Below, in pieces: positions 53,401 through 64,000 of a DNA stretch of 64,000 nucleotides. The stretch comes from Andalucia godoyi And28 (taxonomy: Eukaryota > Protista > Jakobida): NCBI GenBank assembly GCA_009859145.1, contig VRVR01000049.1, forward strand, positions 124,001-188,000. The letters run 5' to 3'. A program made the translations under genes and the position numbers. The notes under the pieces were generated by a model that worked only from the letters and a program-made list of their open reading frames with translations, did not search any database and was not told the DNA's origin. The stretch's first letter is position 1. Every line of letters begins with the position of its first letter.

Positions 53401-54502
53401 CGGCATCGTTGGCAAACAACGAGGATCCAAACAGGTGCAACGCTTCGTTCATCAGAGCAATCTTTTGCGTTTCCACAATGGCAATATTTCCAAGATGTGC
53501 CAATGTTTCGAATTGGCTGTATCGGGCACGAAGCTCAGTCCTGTCGTTCACCTGCAGCCGATCGCTGGGCACGTGATCACTTTGCGCCAAGTACTTTCCG
53601 GAAACTTCAAACCATTCTTCTATAAGGGGCCGGAGAAAGGAGGATGCAAACGACGACGCCCTTTCCAAATTGCGAACGCTGTCTTGCTGAAAAAGGAAGC
53701 AAATGATCGCAACCACTTCGCCAGCAATGTCTTCAAAACACGGATATGCACGAACACAAATATCCGATCCTGGCAAAACAGTTTCGCAATCAACTTCTCT
53801 GTCCAGGCAGTCTGTTAATTGCGCATCCACATTCGCGAGTTCAACAGGCGAAGACAAGAACTGGTTCGAGAGGTCAAATCTGCACTTGTGAAATTTGGCA
53901 AACGGTGCCAGTGACACAGACACTCCTCGTATGCCAGAATCCGCGAGATACTTCTTGACGAGAACACTGCACAATTCGTCAAAGCAGACAGCATCTGTCT
54001 CGTTGAACGGGGCCTGCATTCTCGGATCCACGGACAGGGAAGGCGTAGCAAGACCTTCAAACCGGCGGGAAAGGTTGAGCCAGAAAACAGACTCGTACAC
54101 CACTGGAAGAAGATTTCGGTACATGTCCCACACCAAGAGGCTCGGGAAAAAAAAGAAGATTACGGAGGAACTCGAAAAGTCCACAAAAGCAGATATTCTC
54201 GCAATGTCCATTCGGTACGTTGGTATAGTGAAGGGTTGGGCTGCGGGGTCGAAGACATCGATGAACGCCACTGTTGACTGGGCTTTACCCTGCTCAATTG
54301 CCTTTGTAATGAGCTCCGCAACATCCAGCACAGTCATGGAAATTCCCGAGGTTTCTAAAAACTGGAGCCATCTTCTGCGCTTAAACCTGTGCTTCGGAAG
54401 CCCAGTTTCCGCAGAAAAGGAATCCGAAACGGATACACATTCAAGTGAAGGCCACTTACAAAACAAGGACGCCACTGGCAGCCTTGTTACAAGAAGTTTC
54501 AT
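50489..54502 (-). CDS. Hybrid sensor histidine kinase (sensor region, HisKA, HATPase, receiver domains)
   Basis: SHELRNP H-box, QVILNLLSNAVKFT N-box, DTGVG, GTGLGLSI, GRGTGSTF; receiver VVDDD...LMDMVMP...KP. Confidence 0.92.
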   Translation of the reverse strand: MKLLVTRLPVASLFCKWPSLECVSVSDSFSAETGLPKHRFKRRRWLQFLETSGISMTVLDVAELITKAIEQGKAQSTVAFIDVFDPAAQPFTIPTYRMDIARISAFVDFSSSSVIFFFFPSLLVWDMYRNLLPVVYESVFWLNLSRRFEGLATPSLSVDPRMQAPFNETDAVCFDELCSVLVKKYLADSGIRGVSVSLAPFAKFHKCRFDLSNQFLSSPVELANVDAQLTDCLDREVDCETVLPGSDICVRAYPCFEDIAGEVVAIICFLFQQDSVRNLERASSFASSFLRPLIEEWFEVSGKYLAQSDHVPSDRLQVNDRTELRARYSQFETLAHLGNIAIVETQKIALMNEALHLFGSSLFANDAVDRTLLRRNSAIEQTRPIRTVFLVAGFDVAVEDYALKHRLPVSINNNRQSPMLSSIRNMRLGRQQIDFLMDFAVRNLPELDVAFGIRQTEIACLVRNLDIGLSEDDVAKNHELKMVRLSKRSGRQLFLGIVFHSDFRPLGDFSTFMISVAEIIVNALDRILIEKRLFQSEQQLRYIWRSVKEAMVVFREDTGAIVETNSVAEQLFEVCSESLILEDVASDAADQAEKVRKISGVYQKLDQFSKLHDTVEDVRSFVDAVASIEEENKMVTLSAHPDIQFSMNLSKTFDPVSETPLCVVVFRDVSEANRRQTAEIQALKSEAANKMKSMIVHTLSHELRNPIQGILSMSQILQDEKSLSRYQRECVGYIASATDFLLLLIADVLDSSRIESGKFVLEQKPFDILMVAEECIELVTLQSNSKKIELSVVCDPSMKFLVVGDSRRTKQVILNLLSNAVKFTPISGSVQLRISAKERHAAFPPQENLTDSGSVVLMHQFYENAPVLDESTPDVLDVEIQVVDTGVGFDQEESSLLWHPFSQLGTPTFGFSQQHLGTGLGLSISATLVKCMNGRCDAWSLGRGTGSTFAVTIPFHIQPGSRSSYASRLQDVRAYVVDNHTVPRLCVAMLGRTCELIPGIRDLMSSVTSEISEVVRGSDWESEVTVCASLAEFSSTIKRARGPMPKDSRIALFIDMDDDEGLAALAGSIQEHRRLSASGDLQKTSVFPVFVSRMHEDEILCDFRAERVLDMIASKCHVQFSVSNFLRKPSRLELIFDILWRITTCPESDLQSILQKQQPVQASGLPVSASVLSSDSSNSDFDDEDREILVVDDDAVVRKVMCLVLQKAGFKVRVAVDGKEGIDAVLERKALVERTCKGKSSCKARMFDVVLMDMVMPVKDGVEACKELRRFGLTNLPIVGCTANCLFDITADAADQKGKNGMEAFLQSTMFSDCLLKPVGKNTLIAMIDKWAPRQRP

Positions 54503-56408
54503 GAACAGCTAAAATTGAACATCAATCCAAATAGTGTAAAAAATGACGGCAGCAGAAAAAGTCAAATATATCGAATTAGAGACCCTTCGTTTCGCCACTG
54601 GCTTTCCTTAATCTCGGGCACTCCCTCTTCCTCCCCGAGCTCAGCACACGTTTCAGCAAATGGAAAAAAAACCTGAGGTTGACCCTTCCGAGTTTCTCTC
54701 TCGGCAGAATGGAAAAGGGAAAAACCTCCGTGGAGGCGGCATCAGACCTTCCAATTCAGCGCTTTTGGAGCTGATTGTCAGTATTCGCACTGATCGCATG
54801 CCCCATCAGACGCAGCTTGGATTGTGCGCGCCGGTGTTCAAGTGTCGGGGCACTTGTCGGAGTCGATCCATGGTCAAACGAAGCAAAAGAGGAAAGTTTG
54901 TCCCCCTTGACGGGCGTGGACATTCGGCGTCGATTGCGCAATAGGCAAATCGTACCGCCTTGCAGCCGAATTGTCACTGCTCCAGCCCGTACCGCGCAGT
55001 TCCAGTCGAACGGCAACCGGATCTTGAATCGCTGCTTCGGGGACTTTGTTCAAGGGCGGCAGCGACAGCGAATGACAAGAGATCGGAGCAGAGCGTTTCA
55101 CCATGAAGCTGCAGAGTCGAAGCTGCTTGTCGCACGAATGGTGTGCAAACGTGGACAAATAGTGAAACACAAAAAAGTTTTCACAATTCAGTAAGGAAAG
55201 TGGCCCAAGCTGACGGCATCACCCGGAGCTGTCTCCGTCTTGCGTCTGCTCAGGTGCGAAATCTCGAGTAAAACCCGCCGCTCGCCAATCCATGTCGATC
55301 ATTGGCTAAGCTGTCACCGAAGGCAGATCCAAAGCCCCATGTTATTTATCTGAGGGAGGCGAGCACCAACTCTTCAATGCGGATTGCTTTGCATCAAAAA
55401 GGGTCATCGCAACCAGCATATTCCCCAGTCGATTCAACATTTAAATAATAATAAAAAAATTGAACGTTGGAGGAAAACAGAGTGTTGTTGGCGATGTTGC
55501 ACATCGCATCTGCAATTCTCTGACGATGCATTTGCCTTTGCTCCTTCTTGTCCTCACGTAATTGATCACATTTTCGTGATCGGATGACCATCAGCTTGCT
55601 CAGCAACAACAGAAAATAATAGAAAGCACAAAAAAGTGAAGAGTGATGCACAAGGCTGTCAACCGTCCCTTCGCCGTCCCGAAAAACGGAATCGAGCGGG
55701 GCCGGGAAGCGCGTTGGCATTCCACCAAACGGGCGCCCGGGCCTGCAGGAAAGAAGGAGGTGGAGTCCAGACGCCCAGAGGCTAAGCAAATGTCGCGGGG
55801 CAGTTCCGGAGAGATCGCCGCCTGCAACTAGTGCACAGTTCGGCAAAGCCGCCTCGCCTTCTCTGGACATAGATGGATGCTGTCACCCCACCAGAGCATG
55901 ACTCGTTCACAACTCCCGTTTTTGCGCACCCAGACTGCACTGTGCACAACATGATCGCAGCGCGAATCTCTTGTTCTTCTGTTCGAGAAAATGCGGAGAG
56001 TGCCGATGAACGATCATAATATCTGGAATGCAAATAATTATAGTCATAAATTTAAAACGAAGAAAGAATAGAGCAAAGAATAGAGCAAAATGCAGAGAGT
56101 TACTATTGATTCATCCATGTTGGGGTTACTGACTTCCCGTCTTTTGGAATACTGGAGACACGACATTTACTTGGCAAAAATAATAATAATAATAATGAAT
56201 CCATCGAGCATCAAGGACTCAATCCTTCCCTCGTTTCGCTTTCCCAATTGTCAAAGCATTCTACGTGATAATGGTTATTATTTGTTTTCTTCTTCTTGGT
56301 TTTCGTTTTTGCCTCGCAGGCAGCACAATCACCGTTGCAGAAAGAGAATTTAAAATAGAAAAGAAAAAAAAGAAAAAAAAAAGAGAACATACAAGTCAAG
56401 GCAAGAGT

Positions 56409-56753
56409 ATGGTTGTGCGCCTCCGACTTGCCCGAATTGGTCGTCACGATCTTCCGTTCTACCGCATTGTAGCCGCTGATGCACGTGCACCTCGAGACGG
56501 TAAGTTCCTTGAGCAGCTCGGGTCGTTCAATCCAATGCCGCTTCCGACTCCGGCTGCCATCGTGTCTGCTTCCGCTGCAACCGAAAAGACAAAGGAGGTG
56601 TCGCTCAATGTGTCGAGAATAAAGTACTGGCTCTCTGTGGGTGCTCAACCGTCCGACACGGTTGCAAAGCTGCTTGCTCTGGCGAATCTCATCCCGAAAC
56701 CACCGCAGCGACACACTCTGCCAGGCGCCACAAAATCCAAAGCCAAGGAGTAA
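56409..56753 (+). CDS. rps16: Ribosomal protein bS16, nuclear-encoded, probably mitochondrial
   Basis: MVVRLRLARIGRHDLPFYRIVAADARAPRDGKFLEQLGSFNP, RIKYWLSVGAQPSDTV. Confidence 0.95.
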   Translation: MVVRLRLARIGRHDLPFYRIVAADARAPRDGKFLEQLGSFNPMPLPTPAAIVSASAATEKTKEVSLNVSRIKYWLSVGAQPSDTVAKLLALANLIPKPPQRHTLPGATKSKAKE

Positions 56754-56977
56754 TCACCATCCGCTGCATACTTTTTTTATAAATAAGAAAAGAAGCCAAA
56801 ATTAATAATAAAACGAATAAGATTACAAAGGTCAAGGAGAGGAGAGGAGAGGAGAGAGAGAGAGAGAGATAGGAAAAAAAAGAGGGTGTGCCAGAATCCA
56901 GAACGTAACCAAAAGAGCGAGCATATAGATAGGCGGAGCGAGGCACAGAGAACGGACGGGAAGCGGGAAAAAAGCGA

Positions 56978-58267
56978 TCAACAACGGCGCATCCACTCGA
57001 GATGGCGAATGGCCCACTGCGCTTGCAGGTCTTTGGAAACCGGTTCAAAGTCAAGAACACGATCGCACGTCCATGCCCACTCGGATTGCCACGGCTCGCT
57101 CAGCTGCGATAGGAGCGACCTGTGCAACTGCGCAATGTCATTAAGCTCTTTTCTGCGCTGCGCCATCTGGTCATCGTCCACGACGCAGCCAGCAGGCATG
57201 TGGCAAAGGAACTTCAATTGCGTCGTTTGCGGCAACCCGTTGCTCTTTTGTGCAGAGACAGTGGGGTGCGGTGCTGCATACCGCCGAAAGCATATAAATC
57301 TGCGATACATCCACAGCGACTCGTGGCCCGGGTACCGGCAAATAAGGTCTCGAAGCCACAGGTCCTCGTCTTCCATGAGTTCCTGAACGGCCTCTGCATC
57401 GAGATTACCCAGAAAAGACCACAGAACTGACCGTGCGTGCAGCGCTGAATGGTCCGCAACTCGTCGAGAGCACACATCCTTCGACGGGCCCTCGATGAGG
57501 ACGAGCAAATCTCGCGGAGTGTGAAATTTTTGAACTCTGCGGAACACCCGGATCCAATGGCTCCACGCAGGATAGTTCCTCCTGTATTGTTCCGACAGCA
57601 TCACAACAAGCTTCCACTCGCTAGCCAGCCGTTCGAATGCCTGCTGCTGCGTCGAGAACATGCCGGAGAAGAGCCAGTTGCGATACGTCCATGTTTCATC
57701 GCTTTTCGGATGCTTCGACAGCACCACCGCGTTCAGATGTGATTCAGAATCCAGCATCCGTTCCGTCGATTCAGAATGCTCGTCTAGGAGAAGGACAGCC
57801 CTGCGTCGAAGGTTCCATGCAGTATAGTTGTCCGCGGATATCATCAATGCAATGGCACAACTCAGCAGCCTTTCACGCAGCAGACTGCACAGTTCATCTA
57901 GCCGTTTCGAACGTAACCATTCTTCCCTCCCACCACCACCATCGCTGCTACTTCTAGTGTCGTCTATTCCATTGCGACTCTCCATTTCATCGCAGATCGA
58001 CCGAGCAGTCTTTGCCTCGTTCCACGCATACGGATACACGAGCGCAATGAACCAATGAGCCAATACAAGCTGCTTCCCATCTTCCGAGGTGGACCACGCA
58101 GTTCGCAGTGCATCTTCCAGCGACAAAGGAACAGGTTCCGGCGAAAACGCAAATTCCAGCAGAGTCCTGCTTTCCAGCAGCTTCTGAAGGTGCTCTCGAA
58201 ACGCAGAATACACAAGCTCCGGATCCGCAATCACAAGTGCCGACAGCTGCCTCCCAGACCTTTTCAT
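56978..58267 (-). CDS. Protein prenyltransferase alpha-subunit repeat protein (PTAR1-like)
   Basis: PPTA repeats: ADNYTAWNLRR, HPKSDETWTYRNW, RRNYPAWSHW, YPGHESLWMYRR. Confidence 0.82.
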   Translation of the reverse strand: MKRSGRQLSALVIADPELVYSAFREHLQKLLESRTLLEFAFSPEPVPLSLEDALRTAWSTSEDGKQLVLAHWFIALVYPYAWNEAKTARSICDEMESRNGIDDTRSSSDGGGGREEWLRSKRLDELCSLLRERLLSCAIALMISADNYTAWNLRRRAVLLLDEHSESTERMLDSESHLNAVVLSKHPKSDETWTYRNWLFSGMFSTQQQAFERLASEWKLVVMLSEQYRRNYPAWSHWIRVFRRVQKFHTPRDLLVLIEGPSKDVCSRRVADHSALHARSVLWSFLGNLDAEAVQELMEDEDLWLRDLICRYPGHESLWMYRRFICFRRYAAPHPTVSAQKSNGLPQTTQLKFLCHMPAGCVVDDDQMAQRRKELNDIAQLHRSLLSQLSEPWQSEWAWTCDRVLDFEPVSKDLQAQWAIRHLEWMRRC

Positions 58268-58608
58268 CCTCCGTTAAAAAACAATCTCGCTTTCCTTATT
58301 CTCGAACACACTCTCTCCATTGCTCAACACAGCAGCGGTTGTCGCTGTTCTCACCAAGATCACTCCCAAAATCGCTCCCGCACTGTCCGCACTTTCGCAG
58401 CCGCCCCCACCGTAGTCCGTCCGCAAAAGGCCACACGCTGCGCAGACTCCCTTGAGACTCAACTGCACCGCTTACTGTAGATGGGCTTCGCAGTCTGTTT
58501 TAATGGGCTTTCTAAAGTCGAGAAACAGCAGCCGCCGTGTACTGTCATCAGCCGAAGCGAGCCGCGACGATTGCGAGTGTGTGCGAGTGTGTGCGAGTAA
58601 GCGTGTGT

Positions 58609-58639
<31 letters not shown>

Positions 58640-58722
58640 TGTGTGTGTGTGTGTGTGTGTGAATACATCCTCTGAAACGCTTACTTATTTAGATATTTTT
58701 TCGTACACTCGGCTCCATAAGC

Positions 58723-61505
58723 ATGGCCGTCCGATATACTTCTCGAAGGTATGTAATGCCCTTTTATTAATTTTTTACTTTTCATTTTTGATCGTGGTTT
58801 TTTTGGGGTCCACAGTGAAGATTACTGGTTCTAATGCTGGGGTTTCTTGATGCGGATGCAGTGTGGATGAGTTCCAAACTCTCGAGATGATTGGGGAAGG
58901 TACATATGGGTATGTCATCTTGTTTTCATATCGGTACTTTTAGTTTTTGACCAGTTGTGTGGATTGTTGTGAGACGGAGAGAATATACTCACGTTTCTGC
59001 TTTGTTTCCCCTCCTCACTTTTCTTCTCCAAAATGATGGGCGCGACGAATCAGACGGGTGTTTATGGCGAGAGATACGGTTTCGAACGAGCTTGTTGCAT
59101 TGAAGCAAGTGTTTATGGGGAAGGAGAGTCTTGGGTTTCCGGTGACTGCCATACGAGAGATCCGGTTGCTGCGAATGCTTCGCCACATCAACATTGTGGA
59201 ATTGAAGGAGATCGTGTCGTCCTTTGACAATACGAATCCAAATGCAGGATCGGTGTATCTGGTGTTTGAGTACGTGGAGCATGATCTTGCCGGGCTTGTG
59301 CTTGAGATGCCGGAGTTGTTCACCTTGCCGAACGTGAAGTACTTGTTTCGTCAGCTGCTGCTTGCTCTTGCACACTGTCATGATCGAGGGGTCCTGCATC
59401 GCGATCTCAAATTGTCGAATATCCTGGTTTCAAGCGCAGGGGTTCTTAAGCTGGCGGACTTTGGGCTCGCAAGAACGGTAATGGAAGACTGGGATCTTAC
59501 AAACAAGGTGATCACGCTCTGGTACCGGCCCCCCGAACTGCTGCTTGGCGAAACAAAGTACTCTGCGGATGTCGACATGTGGAGTGCCGGTTGCATCCTG
59601 TATGAACTTCTGACTCGAAGGGCTCTTTTCAAAGGAAACGACGAGCTGTCGGTTCTCACGCGCATTTTCCGTGTCATGGGAACCCCGACGAAAGAATCCT
59701 GGCCGAAAGCAAGAGAGTTACCATTCTGGAGCAGTATGCGGCCACGGGAGAACTGGGACTCTTCTTTGCGATCGTACATTCGGTCACAGACGGATAACAG
59801 TGCCGTTCCAGATGACGCCATGGATTTGATGGAGCATCTTCTGACGTGGAATCCTACCGACCGATATACTACTGCACAGGCATTGCAACACCCCTTTTTT
59901 TCAAACGAGCCCTTGGCTTCGCAGTCCATACCAATCTCGACTTCTGTGGAGTCACACATCCTCCAGACAAACAGACGAATAAGGAAAGCTACCGGTCAGC
60001 CTTCCCAGATAAGCACATCGTCTGCGAAGGAGTTGGCGTCTTCAAAATCCTCCCCGTCGTTTTCTGCTTCATTGCCAGGGCCCGCACCAGGGAAATCCAA
60101 TGCACCACCCGTTTCAATTTCCAGCGTTGTTCCAATTCCTGTTCCAGCTGCAGTCCCTGCCATCTCCCTGGCTGCTCACAATCCTCCTGAAACAGCAGCG
60201 GTGTCCACTGCTCCAGCCTCCGCCTCCACTGCCAACCACGTACCAGATCTTGCGAGTTCGCAACAAGCAAATCTCCAAGAAGCAGAAGAGAGGCGAGGCG
60301 AAAGGATGCGATCTGTGCCTGATAAAGCCAATTTCCAACCAGCGAACCGGAGCCGGAATCGAGGTCGAGATCGAGATCGCCAGGTACGTCATGACACGGA
60401 TCGTGATCGGCGTTTTCGCGAGCGAGGACGAGGGCCCGGGCGAAATCGTGACGAACGACCGAGTTCCCCGGAACGTGGGAACAGAGCCTCGCAGGATGTT
60501 AACGACCGTGCTGAGAGTTCCCATCAAGACGATCGAAGAAGTCGTGATGGACACGGTGACAGACGGGACCGTGGACGCGTTGATAACGGAGATTCTCGAC
60601 GGGAACGCAGGGACCATGGTCATCGTGATTTTCGAGGCAATGCTCAGCGTGGTGATGGACGCGATCATCTGATCGAGGATCGGCGCGATGTTCGACGTCA
60701 CGATCCATGCGATGACACACATGATGACCGACGAGATGACCGACGAGATGACCGTCGTGATGGCCGACGAGATGACCGTCGTGATGATCGGCGAGATGAC
60801 CGTCGTGATGACCGAGATGACCGTCGTGATGACCGACGAGATGACCGACGAGATGACCGTCGTGATGACCGAGATGACCGTCGTGATGACCGACGTGATG
60901 ACCGACGAGATGACCGTCATGATGACCGACGAGATGACCGTCGTGATGACCGACGAGATGACCGTCGTGATGATCGGCGAAACGGACGACGCGATGATCG
61001 ACGGAGAGACCGAAATTCTGAGCAACAGCAGGAATCGCGCGCTGGAGCCGCTATTCTGCATTCGTCCAGTACCGCGAAGGAAGCTGTCAGCACACCGGCT
61101 GCTTCGTTAATTCAAGGCCTTGTTTCCGCGTCATCACGCAAAAGAGAATTCGAAAAGGACATGCACCCGAACTCACCGTCTACAGGAGAACGACAAGATC
61201 CGACCACAAAAAGACCTCGATTCGAATTCCCAGTCTCTACTGGCATGACTGCGACACATGCGACTGCCACTATTGCTGCTGCTTCTTCTTCTTCCTCGTC
61301 GTCGTCGTCGTCTTCGTCTTTTGCTGCTGCGGACTACCGTCCCCCTTCTTCACAGCACGGCCCTGGTTCTGGGAAGACTGGATCGAGTGGCAGCAGCAGC
61401 AAGAACAGCGGCGATCGCAGCAATGGCTCTGAATCTAACCACGGCCGCGGAGGCTTCAACAGGAAGCGCTGGAGGAACCGAGGTGCCAAACAATCAGAAT
61501 CCTAA
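58723..61505 (+). CDS. CTD-kinase-type CDK (CDKC/CDK9/CDK12-like); exons 58723-58748, 58862-58909, 59054-61505
   Basis: Splicing two GTATGT...CAG introns gives MAVRYTSRSVDEFQTLEMIGEGTYGRVFMARD; GFPVTAIREI, HRDLK, DFGLAR, VITLWYRPPELLLG; RD-rich C-terminal tail. Confidence 0.92.
60720..61000 (+). repeat. Coding 12-nt tandem repeat (GATGACCGWCGW) encoding RRDD
   Basis: About 20 degenerate copies inside the CDK tail. Confidence 0.9.
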
Positions 61506-61674
61506 ATGTCGACTGGGTAATCCTATCCAATCCAATCCAATCCAAAAAAAAAAAAAAAAAAAGATTCTCATTGTTCGCCTTGTAAGAATTGAATCAATAC
61601 GCATTCTAGAGTCCCCTGTACAATAATTACTGAAAGTAAACGACACATTGTGGTGCGGATTCCCGCATCTGAGG

Positions 61675-62994
61675 CTAAGGCATCTCCACTCGAATCACTC
61701 CTGCGGCTAACGTTTTCAGATTCACAAGGACTGCCTCGCCTGTTGCACCTAGGCTTGGAACTGCGATCAACCGGCACTGCACAGGCCCATCTGAGAGCAC
61801 CCTCGTTGCAAAGCCACTGCTTCCCGCAGCAAACAGTACATGCGGCGTAGTTTCCACAATGAACGGATCGCGGTCAAAGAACGGATAGCATGCAAGCGTG
61901 TCAGGTGCGCACGGACACAAATGTCTCCACGACAATGAAGCTGCAAGGACATCCAACACAGATTCACCCGACGTCGAATCCCCGCTTTTGGCGCGGATCA
62001 CCTTTCCCAAGCCGTCAGTAATTTGACTCGAATATCCGCAGACTTCCACACCGTCTGCAATGCGAAATCTGTGGGGATTTGTGGCAGGTTGCAGTGTGCT
62101 GTTCACAAAAGGAACAGAAGAAGTGAGCAAACAAGGATGGATAGGTTGCTGCGGCAGCAAATGATTTGAGGGATCGCTGCGTCCCGGCATGAGATCCACA
62201 AACACGGAGCCACACAATTCGGCCACCGATTCATCCGCATGCTTGCTCGAAGCATGTTGCGCGACAGGTGTACTTTTTTGGACCTGGGATGCGGTCGATG
62301 TCGGCGAAACGGCAAGCGCATTTCCAGCGATCACAATCCTAACAATCGATTCCATCATGTGAACAAGGTCTGTGATCTGTGCTAGGAATGCAGGAGACGG
62401 ACTCTCGATAATCAGCAAGTGCGGATCCGACTCGACAAACTGAAATTGTTCCCGATCCATTCGTATGTCAGCAGGCAATGGCTTCTGCGGAGCAATCCCA
62501 GCAAAATAGAACTGCTTCACAAGAAACTGGCCGGAAGCAAGAGGTCTTCCGCACAGTCCCGTCACGATTCCCGTCGGCAAATCATCGACTTGAAAGTTGC
62601 AGCCTTCAGCAAGCGACAGCCGCACCCGTCCAGACTCGTCTTCCAAGATAAGAGCGTCTTCATCCGAGCAAAAACTCTTCATGCTGACAGTTGATGCCGG
62701 CTTCAGCACCGATGGCTTAAGCTTCATTTCCTTGTACAGCGTGCCGACTACAGCGACATCTCCTTTCTGAATCGAGTGGTCAGTCTTTGCAATGTCATGC
62801 GCATGCGAAAGAAAGGACTGCAGCTCCAGCACACGGGAAACCCGCTTCACTTCGGACGGAATCCTCTGCAAAACAATCTGCCGAAGAACATTCAGCCGGT
62901 AAAAGTACACGTGCGCGTACTGGTGAGTATACGAACGAAGCTTCACTCGGTAGTCTCCATCCAAGTTTTCATAATTCACAACTGTCCTCCCCAT
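61675..62994 (-). CDS. POLD2: DNA polymerase delta small subunit
   Basis: YTHQYAHVYFYRL, VVGTLYKEMKLKPSVL, LILEDESGRV, MPGRSDPSNHLLPQQPIH, APDTLACYPFFDRDPF. Confidence 0.93.
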   Translation of the reverse strand: MGRTVVNYENLDGDYRVKLRSYTHQYAHVYFYRLNVLRQIVLQRIPSEVKRVSRVLELQSFLSHAHDIAKTDHSIQKGDVAVVGTLYKEMKLKPSVLKPASTVSMKSFCSDEDALILEDESGRVRLSLAEGCNFQVDDLPTGIVTGLCGRPLASGQFLVKQFYFAGIAPQKPLPADIRMDREQFQFVESDPHLLIIESPSPAFLAQITDLVHMMESIVRIVIAGNALAVSPTSTASQVQKSTPVAQHASSKHADESVAELCGSVFVDLMPGRSDPSNHLLPQQPIHPCLLTSSVPFVNSTLQPATNPHRFRIADGVEVCGYSSQITDGLGKVIRAKSGDSTSGESVLDVLAASLSWRHLCPCAPDTLACYPFFDRDPFIVETTPHVLFAAGSSGFATRVLSDGPVQCRLIAVPSLGATGEAVLVNLKTLAAGVIRVEMP

Positions 62995-63365
62995 GTCATA
63001 CACTGCGCACTATACACAGTGGAGCTAATCACAATCAAAATTCAAAATAAACAGCAGTCGAAAATTCAAAGAAAAACAGAGAAAACTCAAAAACGTTCCC
63101 GCCACATGCTTTCCGAGAGCGGGAAAACCCCGCAAACCCTTCTGTATTCTGTCCAGGGTTGCGGTGAGAGAGAAAACCCAAAACGAAACCTATAATAAAT
63201 TAACAAAAGCTCGAGACCAAAAAGACCCTCTTCTCGGCTCTCCACTCTCTCAACCCGAAAGGACGCCTGTTTTCCTCTCGTGTTTTTCTTTTTGTTTGCG
63301 GTATCTTTTTAAGGCCGTTTTTCATCTCATCAATCCAATAGAGGAGAAACAGAGGGAGAGGGAAA

Positions 63366-63495
<130 letters not shown>

Positions 63496-63749
63496 AATGG
63501 AAAATGGAAAATGCTAGGGTGCAAACGACTTTTCATCGAGTTGCAAGTCTTATCCGTTTCAACGGCACTGCGACTACGACTGCAGAGTTTCTGTTCCTGT
63601 CGTAGTGGCTCGACCACCTCCCACATCCGCGCATTTCTTTTGGGTTCTTGATTTTTTCTTTTGTGTTTTTGTTGTATTCTGCACCCCGCGTTCTTTGGTA
63701 TTCGCGTGCTTGCGTGTTCGCGTGTGTGTCAGTGTGCATTCGTGTGTGA

Positions 63750-64000
<251 letters not shown>

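Noticed and set aside
58848-58850. In-frame TGA upstream of the CDK SVDEF motif, at a position where homologues have Trp (possible UGA=Trp recoding)
   Set aside because: It falls inside a canonical GTATGT...CAG intron (58749-58861). Splicing gives TSRSVDEF, and TGA is used as a normal stop elsewhere in the window.
60114-61061. 315-aa antisense ORF
   Set aside because: Stop-free shadow of the 12-nt RRDD repeat in the CDK.

Overview
Gene-dense, intron-poor eukaryotic nuclear DNA, most likely a free-living protist with mitochondria and probably flagella. The basis is short GTATG(T/C)...AG introns, microsatellite-rich spacers, a complex-I-type gamma carbonic anhydrase, a TTLL and a hybrid histidine kinase. 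About 30 protein genes are supported, mostly housekeeping: P2C ATPase, malic enzyme, phosphate carrier, eIF2B-gamma, EF-Ts, MCM7, ATP10, GUF1, MRT4, CCT3, bS16, CDKC/CDK9-like, POLD2 and adenosine kinase. The most striking locus is a head-to-head pair of divergent, shortened major vault protein (MVP) paralogues at 24675-28402. Each is about 550 aa, with five repeats instead of nine and a cap helix of about 105 aa, suggesting a possible miniature or heteromeric vault-like particle. Also notable: a two-block structured non-coding element present twice (11791-12404 and 23767-24313), a stand-alone RuvC-like resolvase with a possible organellar presequence, and a membrane-anchored bacterial-type penicillin/AHL acylase beside a hybrid histidine kinase. 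All family calls come from motif recognition by eye; no database searches were run.
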